Position numbers and translations under genes: made by a program
Shown: one piece after another, positions 39,901 through 53,500 of the stretch
Layout of the letters: the number at the start of each line of letters is the position of its first letter
Numbering within the stretch: the stretch's first letter is position 1
Notes under the pieces: model-generated
Database searches by the model: none
What the model saw: only the letters and a program-made list of their open reading frames with translations
Told to the model about the DNA's origin: nothing
From: Chrysomallon squamiferum
Lineage: Eukaryota; Animalia; Mollusca
Direction: 5' to 3'
Length of the DNA stretch: 64,000 nt
Assembly: GCA_012295275.1 (NCBI GenBank)
Contig: CM022671.1
Span: 27,714,001-27,778,000 of the forward strand

Positions 39901-42900
39901 TAATACAGCTTTAATTCATGAGCTGGGTCAGGGAAATATATACATCTAAAATACATTATACCTGTAATAACAATGAAGTTTTATTTCATCTGTTTATGTC
40001 TGTGTGTGTGTGTTTGAGTGTATGTATGTTTATCAGATTTAAATTCGATAAATGGGAAAGAAGCTCTTCAATGAAAAAGAAAAGTGTACTTGCAAAACTT
40101 CTTTTATGCTGATTTAGTTCTGTACATTTAAAGAAATGTATACAACTGAAACACATTTCTGTAATAACAATGAAATCTTATTTCATTTATTTATGTCCAT
40201 ATTTATTTATTTATTTGTGTGTGTCAAATTTGACTTAAATAAATGAGATAGAAGCTCCTTAGTGATGAAGAATGTGAAAATAAAAAGTGTACTTGTAAAA
40301 CTTGTTTTATACTGTTTAACACATTAAGTTCTTTAAATTTAAACCTTGCAGATACACACATTCTAATGATTATAACATGAAACAAAAAACACATCAAATT
40401 TTATTTTAATAGTAGCTTCATAATATCAGTGACAAATGTATGTTGGTGTTAAGGTTTATGTTTAGAACAATCAATAAAAGTTGTTAGATTCTTTATATTT
40501 TCTGTTTTCTTCTTTACTTCTGTTGCCTTTTAACTACATGTGTGTTTGTTCTGGAAAAGGAAAAACACAACATTAGAAAAATAAATATTATTTTTAAATG
40601 AAACTAAAGTTACTGTAGCTAAAATATTGTATTTTGTAAAGCTTTTGTTTATTTTTTATTTTTTATTATTTTTATTTCTATGATTATTTGTTATTGTACT
40701 TTCTTTTAATAATTTATTTACTGATTTTCAAAGCCAGAGTGATGATATTGCTACATTTTTACTAACCATTGTTTTGTGATAATGATTTATTTGTTTTTAT
40801 GTTTAAAGTATTTATACCCATGCATGTGCTTACACCCACCCACCCACACACACATATACACACGCATATGCATTTCAGAATAATCTTTCTCTATATGTTA
40901 TAATTGTGACATATTTGTGGATGTGTGTGTTACTGGTAGTACCTGAAATAGCAGTTTAATATTCATTTAGCTTTACCTATAAAACACCACATTTCATTTT
41001 AGCAAAATGTTACACCTACAGGTGGGCGTATTTTAGAATGCATGGACTCCAGTCATTTATATATCAGCAAGTAAACATGTTACACACTGACCTACATCTT
41101 TCCATCCTGGTTGTGTTGTATCTTGGTGAGGCGAGTATTTCCAAACTGAGCATGTGTTGTGAGTGTGTGTGTATGTTCTGTCTACATATTTCAGTGAGAC
41201 TGTTATGGTATTGAGTTTGCATTTGCCTAGTTATTGCGACAGCAGGCAGGATAGATTGCCAATAAAACAGCCAGACAGGCAAGGGGTTTCCTCAGGTCAA
41301 GACACTTTCTATTTTTTCTCTGAGCGCCTCCCGTTGTGATTGGCTAATCCATTGTTGACCCTACAGTGTCCTTGGCCATAGTATCCCTGGCTTCAATACA
41401 CTATGTTGTAGTGTAATGAGTTGTTAGTGGGTTCACTGATCACATGTGTTGGTGTTAACTAACTCACTTCAACCACATCACTGGATGCTGCAGGAGTGTT
41501 CTGTATTCCAGAGATGCCAGTTTGAAATCATTGTGTTAGGAAATGTGAACCAGTTATCCAAAATATGAGGGCTAGGTGAGTGTGAATGCAAGTGACCTAC
41601 AAGTCACTTGTTAATGTGATCACTCTCTCGGCAAGTTTGTACTGGTATCCATGTTGGTTGAGAGCTACCCCTTCATGTGTAAATAATACTTTCTATGTTA
41701 TGCAGCACATAACAATGTATTCTATAATGCTTTGCAACACAATAATACCTGGCTTTGCTTTAGTCGCTACTAATGCTGGCTTTATTACCATGCACCATAA
41801 TCAACATTTACACACTTTGTAGTAACCTGCTTGAGTTTCAGTGTGTTTGAGGCAACGTCTTTGCTTTTTGGGCACAGTACAAAACATACAGCTTATTATA
41901 TTTTTCCAGAAGATTAATAATTTATTAAATAATGCTGTTATTCAGCAGTTTTGCCTTTAGAAACATTTCATCAGAAATACATTACTGCACAAATGAATCA
42001 CTGCCAAATTGCAACAACACAATACTATAAATGGTATGTCTGTATGTTTAAATATACATGTATATAATAAAAATGTAAAGAAACAGTTGTCAAAAATCAT
42101 ACATAGCAAATCACTTCTGAATAACAGTGAAATAAAATAATTTGAAATTTACTGTAGATTAAGTTTGTATTTCCTGGTTTGGAAACTAGATGAAACTGAT
42201 TCCTCAGGAAGTTTTAATTCTCCCATCACTAATTTAAAATGTTTAGGATATATCATTTTTCCAACACTTCAGTATAGTGAAAGATAATGTAAAGTAGATT
42301 ATGATGCTCATATAAATACCTTTTAATTTCTGTTTTCTGCAATGGAATAAGTAGATAACAATGTCCAATAAAACAATGAGAATATGAAAAAAAGTTTATT
42401 GTTTTTAATTTTTTAATTACCAAACTGTAAGCATTATTTAATGACAACAAATAATGTAAAGATGTTATGATTATTATTTTTTTAAACACTTTTATATTAA
42501 AAGCAAAAACATCACTAGTGTTAAATCAGAGAATAATAATATAGATAATTTGTTCTGATTTACAATCTGTACATTGTTTAATTGTAATTACCAGAAACAC
42601 TTTTATATTTAAAACAGCTGCTTCAGTTTAAAAATCACCTGAACCTTAGACATATTGGAAATAATAATAATTTTTGATTTATTCCTAATTTACAGTATTT
42701 TCTATGTTATATAGTATGTTGATATGAATGCTCAGGTATCAGACAGTGATAATAATCAAATGACTTCATTAAACTGTGAGCATAAAACCTTTAACCATAT
42801 TTCAGTAGACAACATCAGTGGGATTAGAACATGCTCCAAATGTGAAATAACCATAAAGTTTATCCATTTAAATCACTGCTTGTATTTATTTACTTGAACA

Positions 42901-45900
42901 ATACAAATATAAAAATGATATTATTTTTTTTTTTGACAAAAGCCTGATTATTAAGGAAATCACAGCATTTTAATTTGGTTTAATGATTGTCATGGAACTT
43001 CTTGGCTAGTTTAACAAAAAATAGGATTAATATGTATAATTTGGGAGTTAATTCTAATCATAGTAAACATATCATTAGCAGATAATTATTCTGTTAATGA
43101 CACAGATTTAAAATAGTAGAACGCATGTTATAAATTGTATAAATTGTTTTTAATGTTGCAGGCTTTTGATAGGTGTGTGCTATTTCCAAGATTTATTTTA
43201 AAATAAGATCTTGTGAAGTTAAAAGTGCTTGCTTGTCAAACGTTATGTATTTTCAGCAACATTTGCATGTTGTCAATTTGGAATAACTTAAAATAGCCGA
43301 GAGCATTTTAATTGCAACAGCATTTACAGTGTAATAATGTTTTGTTTCCATGTCCTTAGGATACAAGTGTGTATATATTTTGTTTTTCAAGTGTGTGATA
43401 TGTGGGTAATTTCCAAATTTCATGTATTGATTATGTATTGTTTATTGGTCCAGGTTTCCTTTTCCAGACAAGAGTTTTGTCCCTTGCATTGAAATAAACA
43501 AAATTAGTAAAGTAACTAATTTTTTTAATATCTGCCATCATGGTTTCTTTTTTTTTTCCTGTTCAGCTGTCAGTTTATTAACAAACTAAAAATAGTAAAT
43601 ATTTGTCGACCAATTTTATAATGTAATTTAAAACTTGGGTGAAATTTTGACTAATGTGTTGACTGATATCTTTTCAGTTGGAATTGATAAAGGAAAGGGC
43701 TCGTATCATAGCTGAACTGCCAGACAAAGAATTTGATGGTTTGGTTGTGAAAGCCCGAGACTTCAGTCTCGCAGGTCATCCTTTAACAATGAACAGGCAT
43801 TGTGATGATAGGACATCAGACAGTGAGGATGAGGATGGTCAGAAGCGTCTCACTATTTCAGAGCTGTTGTCTGATGAGATGAACCATTCTCTCGATATTC
43901 ATCTCAAATGCTCCAGCAAAGACACTGTGGGCTACAAATACAGTTCTTCGGATCCAGAGGAGAGTGATGTAGAGCGTGGAGTCATTGACTACTGCCCCCA
44001 GCAAACCTCAGATGCTGAGAAAATTAGCGCCAACTTCAGTCCTCATTATGATGAAGCTCACGATGTTGAGTCGGATAAAAGTTCTGTAGATTCTCCACGC
44101 AGTGTTGCATCCAGTACAAGAGAATACGACGTAACCACTCCTCAAGATGAATCAAACATAGGCATAGAGATGAGGACATTTAAAAGTGAAGATTGCTGCT
44201 CAAGCGACGGTGAAACCTGCGATAATTCTCACAGTGATGTGTCTTACCGACGACTTCAAGAAGAAAGTGATGGTGATTGTACATTGGACAATTCTTCCAT
44301 AAGATCCTCATTACACAAATCCATGCAGACAGGCAACACACTTCAAAGCGTGCATTCTCTGGCAAATGGCACGGTTGACCAGTATGAGAGAAATGAAAAA
44401 CTTTTCACCCGTGACGGTAAAGAAATAGAATGCAGTGGCCCTCCTTTCGGTTACAAAAACCAGCTTTCCAAAGTTGGTGAATCCATTCCCAAACTTCTGA
44501 AAAATGATCTGTCAGATGGCAGTATCCCACCTAATATGCCAGAAGGCGAACTGTTGAAGAAAAAAAGAAAGAAGAAGAAGGGATCAAAAGGTTTGTATTT
44601 AAAATATTTTCATTTTCAGATTTATAGTTTATCATAAGGAAATGAAAAGTCATCAGTAAACAAAATAAATGGGTATATTTGCATACACAAGCTAAGTGTT
44701 TGAAGAAAATCTGTATTTATAGGTCTTAAGGCTTTAAAAGTGGTTCAGATACAAGTAACAAATGTAAAGAGATTTTTAAATCTGTTTATATAGGTGTGCA
44801 GTTGCACTTGACTGTGTGAGAGATGAGGCTTGTATACAAGTGCTTTTTCAGTATTTACTAACCACACTCATTGAGTTTATACAGAGCTTGAGTAGAAAGA
44901 CACTCAGACATTTCACCATTTTCAGCATCGTAAGTATTGTATCTCAAACCAAATTCCCTTAAAATAAATTGTTTTGCTGAATGTTTCTACCAAAGTCATC
45001 CATTACATGTGAATTATGGTTAATAACTTAATCACATTGTTTCTTGCCCATAAAAGTACTACAGGACATACATTCTTTTCATGAATATTAATCACAGGAA
45101 ATAATTAAGTAATCATCATATCACAGCTTGAAACATGTACAATCTTTTAAATTTAAATTGAAAAACCAACTGACAAAGTGTGGCTTTCACCAAAACACTA
45201 TTTTTGCACACCAGTAAAACATCTTAATATATATGGATTCTGTATACAGAGAGATAAATAGATATAATATAGCTTTAATCTATGTTGCAACAGTATTAAT
45301 TATGCTAATAATACGGCAAAGTATTTGAGTTCCAGACTTTATTATTACACATTATAAAACCTCTGCTGTCAACAGGAAATCATATTACATTTTCTTTTAA
45401 ACTTTTATCTTTTTTATTTTTAAAAAAGAAAAAGCAATAAAAAAGGAGTCTGGTTTCAAAAACAGTGATTTATCGATCAAATTCAATGATCTAATGCATG
45501 GAAATTCAAAACAGTCTGTACATTAGATAAATAAAGGAAGGAACAGTCTGTAAATTGTTATTTTCATATGCAAATTTCTTTTTTTTTTCTGTGTTCTTGA
45601 CCTTTCCCCTCCCCCCCAACTATGCCCTAACGTCAATCATACATTTCTGAGGTCTGAATATACTTGTAAGATATCATCTGTCAAAAAAGTATGATAAATA
45701 TAATTATAAACAAGAAACCAAAACTTGTCATGAAGAACTGCCTTTAACTGATGTCCTAGTATTTATGCCCCAGGCAATTTACTTTACACGTCATTCAGAA
45801 TTGGAAATATTTTATTTAGTCTACTGAAGGTGGTTTTCTGAAATGTTATTTATACTTTTAACAACAGTAAAAAAAAAAATGAAAAGAAATATATCTTGTT

Positions 45901-47491
45901 TAAATTACTATTTTTTTTTTTAATGACATTTCAAATTGACAACAAAAGCAGAGGCTGTTCCCCTCCAAACAAAACTTTGCAGTTTTATAATGGTTTATTT
46001 TCCTATATTACATAGTACATAATATACAGCTTAACTTGTCGAGTATTGTCTTGAAAATAATTTTTCACCCAGTGATCATAGCAATATATATAGCTAATTA
46101 AGACACAGTCAACAGAGTTGTATCATGACTGCAATAAACATAGTAAATATGCAATATGTGAAATTTTTTCGTATTTTATATTGTTGCCATTCTTTTTTAA
46201 TCATTATTAGCAACAATCAATCACTAAAACAAAACAGTTTAGATATAAATGAATTTATTTAGACCATTTGTACTTACTTCCATTAAAGATAAATTTTAAT
46301 ATTCTTGCATTCCACATATTTGCTTGTGACTTTTGGTGCATTGTTGCAGAAACAGTTGCATCCTGCTATAACTTGTTGTTCAGTAATACTGTTAAAACTA
46401 ATTATTTACTAAATTATATGCAACAGTATTGCGTGTAATTCAATATCTCTCTGATTATGTAGCAGCTGATTGAGAATTTTTAATCTAGGGAAAATATTAT
46501 ATGAAAATTTGTTGCAATTGTCAGTACAAACAAAAAGCATAAACAACAACAACAACAAAAAACATTCCAACTGAGACAGATAGGCAGATGAAGGTTATTT
46601 ATTACAGCTGGTGATTTTATTATAAAATGTGATTGTTCTAGGCTCAAATGAAACATCTATAACTTTTTGGAGTATGACAACATTTATGAATTATGGTATA
46701 TTAAATCAAATTATACTTTGAATTTGCTAAAAACTGATGAAGGAATAACAAAATACCCAAATTACTGAAATGAAGGTAAGCTATTAATACTGTGCCCTCT
46801 GAGTAGTGTTAAAACTGAGAAAATAATATTAACATAGACAAGCTGTTTTGATATGCTATCTTATCTATCTATTGATTGATTGTAATTATAAGGTTTACTA
46901 ACTTTGAAAACAGGTTCTTCAATTTAAAAATCATCTGAACCATCAACATAAAAGAAATAATAATAATAAAACTGTCTATAATATAGCATGTTACTGGCAA
47001 GATGCCATTTATTATCCATTAATTATCCATTTGTTTGTCATGGGTAAAAAATCAATTTGGTGATGAGACGCCGGTCTTTCAAAATAAATGGGTTAGTGCA
47101 CTGCCATCAGATAGTGCATCAATAAATTACTCTAATAATTTCATAAAGAGATTACTCTCATTTTTCAAGTACTTTTGGTTTTTTTTGTTGTTGTTGTGAT
47201 TTTGTATTTCAGATTGATTTTTATGAAAAAGCACAGTTACATTATTGTTTTATTATACATACATTTATACATATGAATAACATCTTTTTTCCTGATTAAT
47301 AATTCATGATGGTTTAACCAGCAGCTTTTATAAATGGAATTACTATTAGTAATCTTACTCTTAGTTATGTTGGGATCAAAAAAAATGAAATATATCAACA
47401 ATACTGTGTGTATGTGTGTGTGTATATATATATATATATACACACACATATATATATATACATACACACAGTATTGTTGGTATATTTCATT

Positions 47492-47522
<31 letters not shown>

Positions 47523-50500
47523 TAAACACACAAAATATGGTTATAAATAAAATTCAGTCCTGAGACTAAACCCATTGATCAGGAATCTGCTGTACAGATA
47601 ATAGTGTAAAGCATACAGAGTATTATAATTTACTGACTGCTAGTTGACACCTGTTGGAGTTATTGACTCATAGACTGGTGTGGTGTGCTACCTTTAACTG
47701 TTAGAGTTGCCTCCCTTGGATTGAAGTCCAACTTGGAGCAAGCCATAGGACAGATGTTTTGGGTGTGGAACATAGGCAGTCTAAATTGTAAGAAAATATT
47801 TCTTTTACTGGATTTTTATGCTCACATGGCATTTCCATTAATTAGGTAAAACATTTATGTAGCTATGTTTCTTTTCTTTTTTTTCCCCCACTTTAAACAT
47901 ATATGTAAAACAAAAGCTCTTCAAATTTTGTTAAGTGGTTTTGTTTCAGTTACAACCCTTATTCAGCAAGTCTGTTGCTGACTGACTGATATATTGCCTA
48001 TACAGAATACTGTCATTTCAACATGTATTAAATACTGCTGTGTTATCTCTAGGCATTAGTAAAGTGTCATTCCATATATCCTTTGTAAATTAAACAACAC
48101 ACAATGCAGATCAGTGTACTGGTCTTTCTTCACATTGTCTGCTAATTGCAGTCTATAGTGTCAGCTGCCAGGCTAGGTGCAAAGGTATTTTCTTTTTATA
48201 AGAATTGTTTTTGAATTTGTTCATGTTTTGTGATCTGAGTATGGATTAATTTTGGGGTGTTTTTGTCAGGGGAGGGATGGATGTTATTTGTCAGAGCAAA
48301 ACAAGTGTTCATCATGTTCCTACTCAGTGAAGTTTTCCATAAAATGTTGTTGCATTCAGTAGACTGACCTGGCAGACAAGTTTATAGGAAATATCTGTAA
48401 GTATAATATTTTTGAAGGCAAATTTATTTTAGCACCATGTTCAGATAGTTACAGATAAAACTAAGTGGGTTGGTGCCTCAGAAGAATTTTTGTTTTCCTT
48501 TTGTTTTTCCTTTCTTTCTTTCCTTTCTTCCTTTTCTTCTTCTACTATTAATTGTTTTTTTTTTGTTTTTTTTATAAGGTCCTTTTGTTGTCTGATTTTT
48601 GTTTAACTATTCTATTAGTATTTTTATTCTCTTGTTTTTGCTATTTATTTATAAAAACAAATTTCTTTCACTGAATTAATACAACAAATTAATAAAAAAA
48701 AAAACTGTAACATTAAGATATTTAATTAAAAAAAAATAAATTTTATATTTCTATGAATAGGCATGTGTTTTGGCATTATTATTCAGTTTTTTTTTTTTTA
48801 TCTTCTCTTTTTAATTTCTATATTTCATTCAAACAACTTCCCCAATATTTTTGATTATTTAAAAAAAAAAAATGAAAATGGTTTTATATTTGTTACATGA
48901 TGCAGCTTAACTGTATTGCATGACTCAATAGTTACCATTATCAAAGCAGTTTACATAGTGTCTGTCTGCATTTCATCAGTCTCTGGACATAGGAAGGGTG
49001 ACCAGTACTAAGGATGTGGTCGATTGATTCCCAGTGGTTAGAAGACTTTCTGATATTGATTTGTGTATTTCTGTGGGAATTGACACTGTTGCATTTCAGA
49101 TTCAGACACAAGTCAGATGGAATTGGAATGAAACTTTAATTTTTAACCAGTCAGAAAAGATGAATATTTAAATATTAAATCTGTTATGCTTCAGCAATTC
49201 AGAACATAATTTACTAAGTGATTTTCTTGTTATATTGGTTAAATGGGGCTATGTTATTTTTATTATTTCTTTTTTACTTATTATTATTATTATTTTTTTA
49301 ATGTTATTATTGCTATATAGGTATAGCTCAAATATATTTTTTATATTCATTTGATACTTGCAAAATAAACATATTTTTTAGAACATTATTTCTTGAATAT
49401 TCATTTATGGTTATTACATACTTTTTTTTTTTTTTTTTCTCATGTCAGGAAAAAGAAAATGCATTGTAGCTGTTAACACAGTGAAATAGTTTTTTTATTT
49501 TGTATATGTAAATATATTATTGTTATTATTATTATTTTATTTTATTTATTTTTTTGCATGCACCTTCTCAAAGAACATAGAGAGGGGGAGTGTTTCTAAG
49601 ATATTTGCAATTTGTTTTTCTGCTGGATATAACCCTAAAAAATATTAACATGTGTAAATCCAAGATTTTAGTAAAAAAAATTACTCATTGTATGTTTTGA
49701 CTTATTGGTGTCGACTACTGCTGGTTAATCAGAGTTCAAGTCTTCAAAAAATGTATACTAGCTTGACAGGATTCCATGTTAAAATATTGATCTGCCACAG
49801 TCTAGACAGTCAGTGCTCTTGATTTATTGCTCATATATTCACCATTGTGTCTACGTCTGTGCATTTTTTGGAGACCAGTTTAACAAATGATGTTAGAAAC
49901 ATGTTACTTTAAACTTTATATTTCAAACTTTTTTTCTGTACTTTTTTTAAATTATTTTATTTACATTATGTTAATTTGAATATATATATTCATTTTCACT
50001 TATTGTTTTTTTGTTGTTTTTTTTTGTTTTTTTTTTAACGAATTATCAGCTTCAATTTTATTTATATAAAATTATTTTCACTAAATTTTATTGTTACAGT
50101 TCACTGAATTTAATTATTAATAAATACTGATAGTAACAAATGTTGTAGAAAAAGGTATCATACTGGTAATTGTAATAACATAAAAATGGGCTTAAACTTT
50201 ACATTTAAATCCAGACCAGTGCAGGATTCTTCTACTAGTTGACAAAACAAAGGCAAGGTGTCTTGTTTTTATAAATTGTTTATTTTGGAATTTTCCATTT
50301 GAGTAGCAGCTTATTTATGCATTAAAGGCTGTAAATATTTATTGCTGTCATAAATTTCAGGAATTATTGCCTGATGAGCTAAAAAAAAAAAAGATCGTCT
50401 GTAAGGTGCACTGTTTTTGAATTTCTGAAATTTGGTTAAATTCATATTTTATTTTACTTGTGTATTGTTTTATTTTGTATCTTATTTCTTCATTATTTTT

Positions 50501-53500
50501 TTTAATTATTTTTTTTTTAAATTTAAAAAAAAAAATTATGTAGAAATTAGTTTTGCATAGTTTATGATACATTTTGTTATCTGGTACTGATTAATCCTTA
50601 ATTCTGTGATACAGAATGTCAATATTTAAAATTATTTTATCATTTTCAGTTTTCTAATTTTATTTGTGTTTGTGAGCTGGTCTATTTATGTATGTTTCTT
50701 TTTTTTTTTTTCACAGTTATTGCTGTTACCATAAATAGCTTCAGATTTAGCCATTAATAATATATTTTAAATGTCAAATATATACATATAATTTTTATTT
50801 ACTTTACATAAATAATGATAAACCTGTAACCACCAAAGGATAAAAATATGACAAGTACATAGAGCACTGTGTTGAGAAACAACTGTATGCAGACTTGATT
50901 TGCTGAGGAAAACATTTACGTAATACAGTTAAGCTATGCATTTTAACATTCTGGTTCCCAGTTCATTTTTCCCAACACTTTTTACAAGTAAACACTTAGT
51001 GTTTTTGTGCCCTGTCATTAACCTGGGTCATTGCTAACTTAATAAACCAGAGTTAGTTAGACATTGCCTGTAATTTTAGATAGTGTTCACTACCACATGT
51101 GCTTTTGTTCATCTTCATCCTGTAGAGTTGTGTTTTATGGCTGCAATAAGTCCAAGATTATTTGCTTTAATTAAATCAGACCTGATCAGGGTTTAGGTTT
51201 TCTTGAAGGCACCCCTTATGTAGTTGCACATCTCAAAGCTGAAAGTTACGCTGAAAGGAAGAAAATAAACTAGTATCAGCATGCCTATGATCAAAGTGTA
51301 ATGGATAATATGCATTTTCTGCAACAGATGTTCAGTTAAATTGGCTTTTGAGGTGCACTGTGCTTTTGTTTCATGAATGTTTTTCAAATATTTGAATACT
51401 GATGATTTTGAGTGCGTTTGTTTGGGTGGTTTGTCAAAATATTTTGCATACTTCTTTTTTTTTTAATTATTATTATTATTGTGAAGTGTGATTAAATAAC
51501 TGATGTTGGTTTGCATGTTAAATATTATCTAGCATTCTTTTAATTTACCACACCAAAATTTACTTAGTCTTAATACATCTCTACATTTTCTGGAAGGACA
51601 TGTTTTGACAGGTTAGAAGATTATTCTTTTTGAGGTGAACGTACACAGAGGCTTGGTTCTGCAGGTTGTGTACTGTACTCTGTCAATCCATCTACATCAA
51701 TGGCTGTGAATTGTACGACACTGTAGTTTAATCAAAATCTATTGATTAGCTGATGGGTCACTTTTTTTTTCACACGGCAAAAGCTGTCTGCTGAAGTATT
51801 TTAATAGAAACATAATTTGTATTGATGCTGTTATGCTGGGAGCAGAAATCTGCATTACTGAACTTGGAGTTTAACATTGAAATATGCTACAAAAACAAAT
51901 TTAAAAATTTAAACTCAATAAAATAGTCATTATATAGATGAAAGGGGAAAAACAAATTTAAGCTAAAGTTTTTCTAGAGATACGTATTAATATATTTTTT
52001 TTAAATTATTTGTTGTAGGAAATCAGTTTTGATATAATGCAGAGAAAAATTTCAACTATGTATTCATGTGTTAATTTATGAAAAACTAACCATTGTTAGA
52101 GCACTGAAAGAAAAAGGGGGGGGGAATTGTTTATTTCCTTCAAGACAAATTGCCAAACATACTCTATTATGTATAATAAAGAGCTTAGTAAATTATTTTG
52201 GTAATCACATAGAAATATTTTATACATTTTAATAGTTAATGCTTACCATATATTAATTTACAAAAAATAACCAACCATTTGGAATTATTTTTCTGATAAA
52301 ATAATTATTTGTATTAAAATTAGAAATTGCTGCTTTAGATTTGTAACAAAATTTTATATTCTTATTGCATTAAAAACAAAATAATAAATAAAAAAGATAA
52401 ATACAAATTTACTGGATAAATAAAACAAAATTGTTGAGATTTTTCTTTATTACCTTTTCTTTTCTTTTTTTTTGGGGGGGTGGGATTATACCTAATCAAA
52501 TGGAATAATCTTTCAGTGATAATTAAAATGAGTTTTAATTAATTTCTTTTTATCTGAAAACAGTAAGTGAGAATACTGTTTTAAAGTCAGTGAAATAATA
52601 TTGATCAAGTTAAATCCATATTTCATCATTTTCTTTTATGCCTAATTCTGTATTAATTTAATTAGTGTACTCATCTGATCTTTTTCTTCACATTGCCACA
52701 TTTGTAACAGGTGATCTTGCCATAAAATGTATATTTACATACGTACATATGTATATATACACCAGAGTTCAGATAGCATCTATATTATGAATAATGTGAC
52801 ATGTGGAAGTGTGTTTTTGCGTTCTGAGCCAGCTACAGAAGGTATGAGATGAATATATCTGTATTCTGGTCAGATACACTTGGATGCTTCACTGCATTAA
52901 GTAACTTGAAATTAATTTATGTATGCTTAAATAAACTCTTCCTTGAATAGAAAGTGGCAAGAAGCAGTTCATCTTGTCTGTAGTTTCAAATTAAATAATT
53001 TAATAACTGGAATTTTTGCCTTTTTTTTTTTTTTCTTTTTTTTAATTCTTTTTTCTTGTATACATTCAACATAAATCAGAATACATGGCTCACATGTGTG
53101 TTGTGTTGTGTAGTGTCTTTTCTGCTTTCATTTGTAATTAATTCTTTCATAAAATTGATATCCCTTACTTGATAAATAGAACACCTAAAAATAGTAATAT
53201 AAACGTAATTAATTATTTTTCAGCATGTTTTAGGGTAAAATGGATTCTGATCTTAGTTGTGAATTTGTAAAAACTTATTACTTGTTAATTAATTTTCTTT
53301 TTAATGACATCAAAGTCGTATTTCATTTTTATCAATAATTTTTGTCAAAACAAAAATAAATAATAATAATAATCATAATTAAAACCCTCAAGCATAGAGA
53401 TTCCTTGTGAAATCTGAAGGTTTTCCCAGTTCTTTCGCTATTTTGGTTATAACCGTAAACATTTTGCCACGAAGAAAGCTGTGTAAAAATATTAATAAAT

